In this document: positions 27,569-39,169 of the stretch, piece by piece
Layout: the number at the start of each line of letters is the position of its first letter
Position numbering within the stretch: the first letter of the stretch is position 1
Notes under the pieces: model-generated
The model's database searches: none
What the model was told of the DNA's origin: nothing
Seen by the model: the letters and a program-made list of their open reading frames with translations, nothing else
Assembly: GCA_000320545.1 (NCBI GenBank)
Contig: ADNK01003348.1
Coordinates: forward strand, 33,511 to 97,510
DNA: 64,000 nucleotides
Reading direction: 5' to 3'
Source: Bigelowiella natans CCMP2755
Taxonomy: Eukaryota > Protista > Cercozoa
Translations under genes and position numbers: made by a program

Positions 27569-29279
27569 ATAACAACAATGACGACGATGACAGAAACAGC
27601 ATCAGCAGCAAAGAGCAGCAATGAGCTGCAGCGTTTATGGAAAACAATGAGGAACTTAAGAGATATTATGACGACGAGTGAGAGCACCTCATCTACGACG
27701 ACTTTCTTGGAATCAGAATTCAGCACAACGCCAGCAGATTCCAACCCTGAGAACAAAGCAGCAGCAGCAGTAGAAGAAGAAGAAGAAGAAGCTGTGATGA
27801 TAATGATGATAATGATGATGATGATGATGAAACGATAAATTGACAAGGAGGTCGCCATTTACCAGGCACGTTTTCGTGTAGGAGTACATACGCGGTTTTG
27901 ATTCTTAACGGATGTATAATTATGCGTATTTTTTGTTTGTATATATATATAAATATATATATATATATGTGTTTGTGTGTGCGTGTGTGTGTGCGTGTAG
28001 CTTTATAAAAGAGCGACTGTCATGTGACGATCTCCACTGCTTTGCATTGTATTGAAGACCCATTCACAACACAAACACATGGGCGTGCATATATATATGT
28101 AGTGATCTCAATAGTTTACATCTATGTTTCGAATACGGACTACCCACATATAGATCGGAGTTGTCGTAGTAGTATTAATTGTAGTAGTAGTAGCAGTAGT
28201 AGTACCCAGGCCTTCAGTGTTGGGATAACGGCCGATCTGAAATCACACCAAAATGTGCACGTGTTTGCGCGCGTGTGTTTGTCTGTGGGGCAGCAGTCGA
28301 AATGAGCGTGTGCTCTCTTAATGAATGAAGGACCGCTAGTAGGACAGTGTCAAAGTGTTCTTCTTTCAGCACTCCTCCTGCGTCTTCGTCGTGTTGGAGA
28401 TATCGTACGGTTAGCCTATGTGTCGGTTTCGGACGATCATAGATGATGATGATGATTGTAATGATGATGATGATGGCGATGTTGATGTTGGTGATGATTG
28501 ATAATGATTGATGGTGATGATAATGGTGATGATGATGATAATGATGATGATAATGATGATGATGATGATGATGAACAGCATAGAAGACCAAGTCAGCTAC
28601 CAAGAAATGACAGCATTCCCCATACAATCCTATCCCCAACTGCAGCATATAGTCCATGCTGTCTGCATCTTACCGGTCAAAACCGCTTGTGCTTTTGCCA
28701 GTTCCATCCGCCTCCACTCCTTCACCGCCCCCCCCCTCCTGCTTGAGCTCCTGGGGCTGAGACTTAACAACTTCCGTCGGGGTTGTGTTGGTGAGAAACC
28801 TTGTCCCGCTGTGCGCCATATGCTCTACCACCTCTCTTGCCATATCTTCATCATATCAACAGATATCATAGGTCACAGCGATGATGAAGTGCATGGAGCG
28901 GAGGGGGGAGGCGAGTTGGATTTGATAGTAATACAATTCATCAACATGAGCGCAAGCTATTCTTCAGTAAGAACGGGTTTATGAAATAGTGTATCTACAT
29001 ACACGAGGTGGCACTCCTATATTCTCCTGTTTTCTTCTCATCCTTTCTTTTGTTGTTGTTACTGGCAGTGGTGCTGGTGGGGGTGGTGCCGATGCCTAAC
29101 CTCGATCGAAACCGCGCAGAAACACGTCAGATCTGGCCATTACTGTCGTGGGGTACCTTCGTTATATGGCTCGGGTGAATGAATGGCTGAGCACCACGGT
29201 GACTTACCAATATAGTGGATGGTAAATTCCTCAAATCACTGCTAGGTCCTCCTCACAGACGTAGGATCTTTCTCTATCT

Positions 29280-29325
<46 letters not shown>

Positions 29326-30117
29326 CACTCTCTCTTCCAACGTCAGTACCGCCATGGTGTGTTGTTGCAACAGATCAGTATTACCCCATTTGTGTGAGGA
29401 AACCTGCACACTCAAGAGCGACGTATGAAGCTCCAATGACAAGGCAGGATCCAGGCTAAGAATGATGATGATGATGGTGACGATGATGATGATGGTGATG
29501 ATAGGAAACACGATTGAAAAGCGTATCACTGCAAGCTGCGAAATCATTAAAATAATGAATTGCTGAAAATGAAATGCTCTACAGAATGGCCGCTACCTCC
29601 TCCTTCATTGAGAAGATGTCGTCGGAAGTGATGCAGTGCTCTCTTCCCCCTGGAATGTCAACCAGCTTTGGCCGCCCCCCGACTGCACAAATGCGGGGGC
29701 ATTTTGCCATTCGTCAATTTTGAGACGGGGGAGGGGAAGGGGCGGTCGTTCGTTTTCGATAACAAGTTGTGAAAGGCATTGTCCGCTTTACATCGTGTGA
29801 TCTAATTATGCATGTTCATCCTACCGGCAAGCAGGATATGATCTGCTTTCAACTCACGCTCGGAGCCATCGGCAAAACGTGCTTTCACCACCCCTGAAAC
29901 GCAAAGGAGAAGGAGAACGAGAAGTGAGGCCGAGAGAGGGGGCGGCGGGGGAGGGGGGGGAGCTGTGCAGAAGAAAGAGAAGAAGAAGAAGAAAAAGAAG
30001 AAGAAGAAGGGGTAGTTCTAAAAGGTAATGTGGGAGAGTAGGCAAGAAGATAAGAGGTGACTCGCAAGCCTCACTCGGCGTCATTAGGACGCTAATAAAT
30101 CACATATACACACACAA

Positions 30118-30173
<56 letters not shown>

Positions 30174-31590
30174 GTGAACCACAACTTCTGGCACCACTAC
30201 TAGTAGCACCTTTTCTTTGGATCGTGCCTTTAGCATTAATGTACTTAACGCCCTCTTTCATAAGCGCCGACTGCCGGTGCAGCAGTAAGTAAATAAGCTT
30301 CGTATAAAATACGCATTGCTGCGCAACTATATCAGAATGATGACGACAATGAATACTGCTGCTACTGCTACGGCTACTAATACTAATACTACTACCTTAT
30401 ACCCAAAGTTGATGGACTTTATGTGCGTCTTTTGTGACAAAAAAGAGCGCAATCAGTTACGTAGACGACACCGATTCAGCTGTTTTATCATGCATTCTAC
30501 TTGGAACGCTGCTGGAAGTCGATTATATTCTCCTCCTCTCTCTCTTCCCTCTCCTTCCCTTCTACTGCAGCATAGCCTGCACGACATAATAGCCACCTGC
30601 ACGTTGCTGATAGCCTTTTCCCAATCGAAAGCTACTTCGTCCTTGTCGAACGTCCAGCCGTACACGCTGCTCTCCTTCTTTAGAAGATGGAACTTCAAGA
30701 GAGGGGGACAAAGGGGGACAAAGACATACGGACGAGAGATGTTGCAAATCACAAACCCTAATGGACTTCCCAACTTCTCCAGCATGATGGAGCAGCTTCT
30801 TTGGAATACAGCCTAGTTTGGATCGAATTCCGTGATACGATCATATTTTTCATGAGTTGTTTGACCGAACACGTGTTATCATGTAGCATGCCAATCACAG
30901 TTTGCACGCTTGTATTGCTGCTAGTGTTGTGATGCTGTTGACGACTACGATGGTAAAAAGGATACATCATTAAAAGTACACAGTTCCTTCTGATTTAATC
31001 ATTCTTCTATATTTTGAGTCATCCTCATTGAGCCAGACCTACATTCACGCATGTTCCTCCGATATCCCACATAGTTCTAAGATGGTACATACAATCAATC
31101 AACATGCACCGGTAACTGCTTTTTGAATACAGCACCCGCGGGGTGATGGAGATACATAATCAAGGACGGCGACCGTTTTGCCCAGCTTAGCAGCCTCACT
31201 AAGTTGCAGGAGAACAAAGTAATAAGATGCACAGCAGACGCCCATAAATTATTGTGATTAACTTAGATTTATCGTCAAAGTGACGTACCGCGATGCTGCT
31301 AGTCCCCCGCTACCCCCTCCGATAACCACGAGGTCATATTTGATGTCGTTCACTGCAATGTAGTCGTTGATGCACGGTGAAGGTCAAGAGAACAAATGAA
31401 TGTGCTGACCTTTATCGTCGTCCAAGCCGTCATTGCTTGAAGGTCTTCGTAGATTCGCATAGAGTCCCCGCAGTGTACACCCTAGCAAATTGGTGCGACG
31501 CTGGTTGCCACCTCGGAGCCCACGCTGGTGAGGAGGGAGCAACCGCAGCAGCATGGCGGCCGTGCTGGACCTGCTGCTCGTGCTCCTCAT
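25692..31590 (-). CDS. TXNRD: High-Mr thioredoxin reductase, selenoprotein (C-terminal Ser-Cys-Sec-Gly); ~21 exons; Arg-rich presequence suggests mitochondrial targeting
   Basis: Exons: YDLVVIGGGSGGLAA (~31289-31352), GGTCVNVG|CIPKK, AVGGRP…CITSDDIFS, LVIGASYVALECAGFL, LRGFD, IYAVGD…PELTP, TTVFTPLEY, GPHAGEIMQG and GIHPT|SAEE. Ends AGC TGC TGA GGC TAA (TGA 25698-25700, TAA 25692-25694). Confidence 0.96.
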
Positions 31591-31679
31591 GCGGAAGCGG
31601 TGTGAGCCGGTTCAGATATGTCAAAAAAGCATCGGTAAGACATCTAAGAGTTTCAAATTCAGTTTCATCCTCCTATTCA

Positions 31680-32665
31680 ATTCGGCGACAGGGCATTGGC
31701 TTTGTCTCTCAAGGAAAAAAACTCATCAGTCACGATGCTCACAGCTGTCGATCTCCTTGTCGACCTGTTGGACATGGCGTGACGAAGAGAGAAGGGAAGG
31801 GGGGGGCATAGCTAGACAGGGGAGGGGGGATTCATAGCGTTGAACAAGCAAGCTCCATCCTCACTGTTTTCGCACGTGATCTCAGCAAACATCGACATCG
31901 TCAACGTGATTCATTGCATGGAACACGTTGCCATTGCCCAGATTGCACGTTGCTGTGCACATCGCACGTTCTCGCACGACCGGCATCCTGATGATTATAG
32001 ATATGATATTACTTTGTCTATTATGATGACAGCGACGTGTTGTCGCATGGGTGTTGTTCACTGAGGGCACTGCAGCCGGAGCAGCGCCAAGACGAGGCTG
32101 ATCGGAGGGAGAAGCTTTTTGCCGAACGCTTTGCCAGTTTGCCCCGCCCGCGGCGATTTTTGGGAGGGCCAGCTAGCCAGAGGGCGGGACTTTGCAAACT
32201 GCTTGGCATGTTGTTGAGGCTCTGTTGCATGCACATGCTTGTCTCCCATGAGGTTCTAGCACATGCAAATTTGATCAATGCTTCATTCAAATTCAAATTC
32301 ATGTCGCCGTCAAGTCATTGGTGGGCAGAATCGAAGCGAGCGGCGGCGGCTGGTGTCGTGAAAGAAATGGATCGTCTTCTTCAATGTGAAGCACACGAAC
32401 ACCGACAGCTCAGGCTGCGCACGTGGCTGCTTTTTTGCGTGCAATGAATGTGTGCACCAAATCAGCACATGAGAACAAGGAAGATGAAGGGGGAGCTTCA
32501 TGCATGATTTCAGCTCGCAGGTTCTTCACCCAAAGAAGCAGCTGCAATCTTTTCATGCCTCTCATTCGTTGCACATCACATTGATGTGAGATCCATCAAA
32601 TGGCATTTGCACTTTTCTTGCCCTCCCCCATTCGTCTTTCTCTGTTTGCGTTGGCCATCGATCGT
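31680..32665. other. TpA-depleted tract 2
   Basis: 32024-32665 (642 nt) holds only 2 TpA, both in CTAG, while CpG remains frequent. Confidence 0.85.
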
Positions 32666-33634
32666 TATGTTCATCGCGACATTTTGTGAGTAGGTTGAAA
32701 TTGGATTCCCAGGGTTTTCATTGTGCACTTGAAAGAGAAAATTGATTTTTTCTAGCCTGCCGATTTGTTCTTGAGTGAGTCTATTTTTCCTGCAAGCTGT
32801 CCGCTGTTTTTTACACCAACGACCTAATTTTCTGTCAGATTCGTCTTTCTCTGTTTGCGTTGGCCATCGATCGTTATGTTCATCGCGATATTTTATGAGT
32901 AGGGTGAAATTAGATTCCCAGAGTTCGCCACGCTCTTTCCCAAAGATGAAATTGATATTTTCTAGCTTGTCGATTCGTTCTTGAGTGAGTCTATTTTTCC
33001 TGTAAGCTTCCCGCTGTTTTTTACACCAACGACCTAATTTTCTGTCAGATTCGTCTTTCTCTGTTGTCGTTGGCCATCGATCGTTATGTTCATCGCGATA
33101 TTTTATTAACATCCCAAAAGTTTCCTCCCATGACGAACTAAAACGGTATACCATCGATGATAGAATCTCGTCTACATCATTCCACTGAATGGTCGAACTT
33201 AAACGATTTCCATGGCCAAGTTCCTCCAGTGAAACGATCTTAACCCGGGTCAAAAGAGTTTGTAGTGGAGACATATCGGTGCTTGTGGCGCTGCCCACCA
33301 ATCGCAGTTCCTTCCTTTCGGTATCGTGAAATGTTTCTTTCGAGGGATCCACACCTTTACCTATCCCCCGTCGGAGCGCTTTGCATGAGATTAAGAGCTC
33401 TTCGTCGTTTTCGACTAGACGCTGCAGGACTCCCCAGACGCCTTTGTGCCTGTTCATCGTTGAGGATTTCATCCTCTTGGTTTCCTGGGCAGAAGCTGCA
33501 CGTGTTTTCCTTTTCTTTGGGAGGTTCGCAGAGTTAACACGGTTGGTGCTCCGTAGACAGATTATGGAATTCAACCCACTACAGAAGTGAATGCTGGAAA
33601 ACTCACATTCTAGACGGATTTTTCCATACACCAA
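32576..33634 (-). pseudogene. Intronless ORF with tandem helicase-associated (HA, PF03457-like) domains; third repeat frameshifted and decayed
   Basis: WEETFGMLIKYRDEHNDRWP…KLGRWCKKQREAYRKNRLTQERIDKLENINF occurs twice, plus a third copy broken by a 1-nt indel near 32710. The upstream GVWGVLQRLVENDEEL segment resembles the region preceding HA repeats in bacterial-type SF2 helicases. Confidence 0.75.
32630..33110. repeat. 210-bp tandem repeat (~2.3 copies) encoding HA domains
   Basis: ttgagtgagtctatttttcc at 32771 and 32981; ttggccatcgatcgttatgttcatcgcga at ~32651, ~32860 and ~33070. Confidence 0.92.
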
Positions 33635-34022
33635 TCGCTAAAGATGTCCTTTGCTTTCGGTGGGAACTAGAACCTAGTTTGACGGCTGAAAGCTTCAAAA
33701 ACCAAAAAGAGGACCTGCTTGAGCTCATAAAGAATCCTAAATTGAGGAAAGCGGTTTCCTATTTCTTAAACCGGACTCTATGCACGTATATGCGCTGTGC
33801 TTACACAGACTTGGATGTCATTTTTGAGGAAGAAAGGTACCTTTGCGTTTATGATCTCTCAAATTCGTCTCTTCCATGGTCAATCTTGTCGTATGGAGGT
33901 CTGTTCTGGTGGCCCGTATTTGAATTTACTGAGAACGTATTCAATGCGATATTCGACTGCATAAACTACGATGATCCGATGCCAATGAATTTGCTCCAGG
34001 GCTCGGAACTCTGTGAACCTTA

Positions 34023-34350
34023 AAGCGAATCAGCTGTTGTGCAATCAGTGCGCCCACCACATCATTGCAGCGCAAATCTTTGAATGAAAAACTTCTCTGC
34101 AGCGCTTGGAAAATAAGTGTGAACAACAAAACCACAAAAAACCATGGTGACAAAGTCAGCTCAAGCGTGCGTGCAAAACCTAGCTAGCTAGCACCTCATT
34201 CGCAACGAGGTCAATGAACGTGTGCGTGCATGCATGCACTGCCTTGTTGTGTAAGCACAGTCGACTAGGCAGTGTTCAACGCGCACATTGCGCATCGTGT
34301 TTTTCCTAGTTTTTGCAGCAAACTGAATTTTGTGCAATGCTTCATGCATT
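34023..34350. other. TpA-depleted tract 3
   Basis: 7 TpA in ~330 nt, 5 of them in CTAG. Confidence 0.7.
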
Positions 34351-34720
34351 TGTACTGTTCAATTAATGGATGTAAACAATCACATGTCTAGCTACACACT
34401 CACGTTTCTGATGTCATGTTCACGATTACTCGACTTGTTGCATCCTGCGATTTGATTCAATCCATGTGAAAATAGATCTAAGGGACAACACTTAAAAATT
34501 TGTGCTAGAGGATTCCATCAATTTCCACGTCATCATTTTTACTCTTTAAAAAATTAATCACAACTTCTACTAGCTGTGATGTCACGTTAAGCTTCCTGTC
34601 TGTAGATTCGCTGATAAAAATGTTGATCTTCTTTGAACCACCCTGACTTGTGCTCATTGCGACACCCATCGATTAACACTTGATGTTTCTCTACGATAAT
34701 CATTTGTTCACCTCTATTCT

Positions 34721-35725
34721 TCATTTCATCTGAGGTCGAGAGCCAACATTTACAAGATTTGCTCTGGCTGCTTCGCGCTCATCGAGATACTTTGTGTGAA
34801 TTCCCAAAATTGTGTCGATAGATTCAAGGCCATAAGGGTGAGGGGAGTTGGATGCTACGCGGCACCAATTTAGCCCTAACTCATGATGTCCAACGTAGTT
34901 CGAAGTGAGGACTAGGTAGAACGATAGGATTTCCATCTCCTCGACCGTAAGCTCATCACATGGCTCTACAGTCGTCGAAATACGTTCATCCGATAAGCAA
35001 GGGCCTTGAATTCGATCCACGTATTTGAAATGAGCGATAGGCGCAACATCAAAGTCATTCCTGTATATGGGCTGTAGGTAGAGACGGTACTGTTCATCAC
35101 TGCAATAGTATTTGTAGCATTGAACGCATCCTAAACAGTTGCAGCATCCAGCACAGGAAAGTTTACAGCAGTCACCACACGCAGAATCATGCTTTAAGAC
35201 AAATTTCCGTTCTCCATTAGCATCAAAAAATTTTCCATCAACCACCAGCTCACCGCAGAAAGGAGCATCACACATCGTACCAAGACTGTACGTTCCGATC
35301 TTACTAGTTGAGTCAAAGTAGCTGAAGTTAAAACAACATGGAAGGCAGTTGCAACCATGTTTTATAGAAAATGTCTTGTCTGTCTCCGTCTTAAATGCTA
35401 TGGAGGGAAAGCAGCACTCAGAGCAGTCACAAAGTGTGCATGGCTTCAAGCTCTTGAAGTAATTATCGTGTCCAATTGTTAAGATAGGAGCTTTGGTAAA
35501 GGCCCCAAATACCTTTGGTTTCTTCGGGTTTTCCTTGAGGTCGGCATTTCCGGCAGCAGTTTCCATTGCAACTTTCAATGCCTCACGGAGACCCTCCAAC
35601 TCCGCCTTGAGGCGGTCTACATCAACGTCGGGTTCGTAAGAATCGGTTGCACCCTTTGAGACTAGGGGGCCATCATCCTTGCTATCTCTATCAACTTTCC
35701 CGCCATCAATGCTTTCCCTGTTCAT
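34721..35725 (-). CDS. Cys-rich phospholipid-scramblase-like protein, paralogue A (intronless)
   Basis: Continuous ORF from ATG 35725 with a coiled-coil N-terminus, Cys clusters, KFFDANGERKFVLK and a C-terminal hydrophobic helix. The scramblase/tubby-like assignment is by pattern only. Confidence 0.7.
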   Translation of the reverse strand: MNRESIDGGKVDRDSKDDGPLVSKGATDSYEPDVDVDRLKAELEGLREALKVAMETAAGNADLKENPKKPKVFGAFTKAPILTIGHDNYFKSLKPCTLCDCSECCFPSIAFKTETDKTFSIKHGCNCLPCCFNFSYFDSTSKIGTYSLGTMCDAPFCGELVVDGKFFDANGERKFVLKHDSACGDCCKLSCAGCCNCLGCVQCYKYYCSDEQYRLYLQPIYRNDFDVAPIAHFKYVDRIQGPCLSDERISTTVEPCDELTVEEMEILSFYLVLTSNYVGHHELGLNWCRVASNSPHPYGLESIDTILGIHTKYLDEREAARANLVNVGSRPQMK

Positions 35726-36727
35726 TTTTAGGCTCGTTATCACGTTATCACAGGGTCTGGATGTGGTGGAGCGTTTGGGATCTAGGCGGCGGGTTGAGAG
35801 GCAAAAGAGAGAGAGAGAGATAGAGCAGCTTTAAGTCCATAGAACTACTCTTAAACTACCCACAGAATCTGCAATGTAGGGTTACCTTCCTATATTCTGA
35901 GGATACGACTTCATGTTCTGCACATAATTGCAGGAAGCGGAGGAAAAGAAGTGATCCGTGGCTGTTTGCTATAAGTACTGACTGCGTTCGGACTTTAGTT
36001 CATTCATTGTGACGAATTTCTGTACAAAAGACAAAAGAAAATCGATTTTTTTAGTATGCAAACGCAGGAATTTTATAGGAAATACTTAATTTTCTTCTTT
36101 CTGCGAGATGCAGACAGGATGCTCCCATTTTCCTAGTTTTCCTCTGGCCACAGAAGACTTCTCAATGGAGTTCAACATTGAAAACTAGCAGGCGAATTTA
36201 AGAATAAGTGCATCGTAAAATCAATTCAGTGTAGAATTCGCCTAAATTAGAAGCTTTTGTTCGAAGCTGTTCACAAAAATAAGACTGACTAGTCTCTGAT
36301 ATTTATTTCATATTTCACACACCTTTTGCTCTCTTCTCAGATCCTCATAACAATTTTTGGACTACTCACCTCGTTCCACAGGTGGTATTAGTACCTTTGC
36401 ATCAAAAATAGCTGATACGAACACTTTATGGTTTATGGTAATATCACCTAATATAAAAGGCAGCAAGAAGAAATGTCCAAAAATAGTTCGTTGAAGCTGA
36501 CAACCTTGCACAAATTAAGGTGAAATCTACCAAAAATGTCCCTGTCTCCTGTGACGATATTACCTGTAGATCTTGAATAAACCCGCCGCGAATCTAACAT
36601 ACGACATCATTATAACTGTGTCTTTTCCTTAAGTTGCTGCTGAGATTGATAAATTAAAAATTCGTGTGCTCGCACTGTGCTACGAAGTGGTGCCGAGTGT
36701 CGAGAGCCGCCCACCAACACGCCACTC

Positions 36728-38030
36728 ATGCCAGCGGGAAATGGAGAGAAGGGTAAATCCTTCGAGATGCAGGATATGACGAAGCGAGAGGATACCAAAG
36801 AGAGGGATGAAAGCAAGGAAGTAAATAAGGAGGAAGAGAAAGGGATGCCTGATGAAGATACCGCGCTTTCTTATCTGGAAGAGGAAAATGAAAGACTACG
36901 CGCAGAACTTGAGGGAATGAAAGAAGCTGTAAGAGTGGCTATGAATACAGCCGCGACAGCTAAGGATCACAAAATTCCGGAGAAATCCAACCATGCAGCC
37001 TTTGTGAACATGAAGATGCTCTCTATAGGGAACTCTGAGTATTACAAAAGCCTCAAGATATATTCATGCTTCGATTGCGCAGAATGCTGTTTTCCATCAG
37101 TTACCTTTACCTCTCTTGAGGGATCCACCTACAAAATCAAACATGATTGTGGCTGCTGTCCATGTTGCTTTGGGTTTTCCGCACACGACACAGCGGTGAG
37201 CTTCCTTTTGGACAGATGTATTACCATGTTTCCAATTTTCACTTAGAATAGATGTATATGTGTTTCAAAATTACACGCCGTTGAAAACCAATTCATTTCG
37301 TGCAGGGTAGAGTTGGAAAATATAATCTTGGGGGCTGCTGCGATGCTCCATTCTGTGGCGAGATGGTGATTGATGGCAAGTTCACCAACGCAAGGGGCGA
37401 ACAAAAGTGGGCAATAATTCATTCATAAAAAATCAAATATTATGGTATCAGGCCAAACAGGTCAATCGTCTAAACCTTCGAAACAAATATCTTAGGTTCT
37501 TGCTCAAGCACAATCAAGTGTGCGGCGACGGGTGCAAGATCTGCTGTGCAGGCTGCATGGACTCCTTGGGCTGTCTTTCATGCTACCGATATTACTGCAC
37601 TGAGGAAAGATATCGGCTATATCTCCAGCCCATCTACCGAACCGATCATGACGTTTCTCCAGTAGCTCATTTTAAGTACCTTGATCGCATCGCCGGTCCA
37701 TGCTCCTACGACGAGAGGCTTACTGCATCTGTCGACCCGTGTGACGAAATCACGGAAGAAGACCTTCAGCTGCTGTCCTTCTATCTTGTTCTTTCCTCCG
37801 GTTATGCAAATCGTGAACTGGGGTGCAACTGGAGCTGGTTAGTATGCCAATCCGCAACTCCCACGGGAGTCCAACAGATCGATGATATCTTCGAGATACA
37901 CACAAGACACATCAATGAGAAAGATGCAAACCGAGCAAATCTCATCTCCACAGCAAAGACGTTTGGTCAGACGAAAAGAACTTCGATTTCTGGTGGTACG
38001 TCGAGGAATCACCAATTAGCAATGGTGTAA
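36728..38030 (+). CDS. Cys-rich phospholipid-scramblase-like protein, paralogue B (3 exons)
   Basis: Introns 37196-37305 and 37407-37495. The spliced product aligns with paralogue A (CDAPFCGE.V.DGKF, YRLYLQPIYR.D.DV.P.AHFKY.DRI.GPC, LSFYLVL). Confidence 0.8.
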
Positions 38031-38560
38031 GATTCATAGTACGATGTTTGCGTTTTAATATTGACACGCTCTTCTCCGCATACAAGGGAAATGTCAACAA
38101 AACAATTATCACAGTCACAATAGAAGACACTGGACGGAGAATACCTGCTATATCTAACGTACATACATGTACAGCGTTTTCACTGCAAAAAACATGTTTT
38201 TGTAAATGCTACGACGTGCGTAGCTCTGATCTTTGCATGTGTATACTTGCTTGCTAGCTACCGTACCTAGCTTGCCAGTGTGGCGTGTGCGATATAATAT
38301 TGTTCAGCTGGCGCACGCACACACGCGATGTTACTGCGGTGGCAAGCAACTGCATTGAACAACTTGCACTAGCACCTACGCTGTCTACAGCGACCTGTTT
38401 GCAGCAACAATGCATTGGGCTTGTCTAGTTAACATGTGCGTGGCGACCGGATAATAGACATAGATTATAATTATACACATAATGTGTATATTATATTACG
38501 GTGTCTATAATAACAAGACACAGCGCATAAATTCGTTCTCTCCTCAACTGAACTTCTAGC

Positions 38561-39136
38561 CTACCGTGCAACTTCTAAGGGCGGCATGCCTCCACCGTAT
38601 CTCGGAGGCTGCTGCTGTCTTGGAGGCTGCTGCTGCTGTCTTGGTGCCTGCTGTCTTGGAGGTTGTCTAGGAGCATTGTTTTGCTTATGAAGTGGAGGTG
38701 TAGGCGCGGACCCTCCCCTCTCTGGTGCCAACGGGACAATGTCCCGTGCTTGCGGCTTTCCTTGGTTAGAGATAACCACACTGCACTCTACTTCCTCGCC
38801 AACATCCAAACGACGAAGTTTGCGTCCTGAGTAATCAACTCGTGAGTGTCAAAAAATCGTTCGAAAAAATAGACTGGTTTGTGATGCAAGTTGTTAAATG
38901 GAGGGGATCTTTCACTAAGTAGTACCGATAATTTCCGTCGCCAAACAAAAGATGTTCGCCTCAGGGTATTCCGTACTCTGAGTATGAATACAGATGCGTT
39001 AGGTTCTATATCAATAATTCCTACAAACAGACAATGCAGCATCTACGACTTTAAGTAAATGCAATTATTTATGTCGCAGAATTGAGAATTATGATAATCA
39101 TGCCTATTGGCTAGATTCCTAGAAATATCATCATTC

Positions 39137-39169
<33 letters not shown>

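Noticed and set aside
29594-29712. Separate gene starting MAKCPR at ~29710
   Set aside because: It is an internal TrxR exon (acceptor TGCAG|TC GGG GGG giving AVGGRP).
32021-32501. Overlapping 60-136 aa ORFs on both strands in tract 2 (also 24118-24905)
   Set aside because: Artefact of losing TAA/TAG stops; Tyr-free, His/Cys-rich translations with no domain.
33679-34023. 114-aa plus-strand ORF next to the HA ORF
   Set aside because: Non-ATG start and no recognisable motif; insufficient support.
23865-34450. CpG-methylation decay or fungal-type RIP as the cause of the TG/CA-rich tracts
   Set aside because: CpG is retained and TpA is depleted rather than enriched; repeat comparison shows TA→TG/CA.
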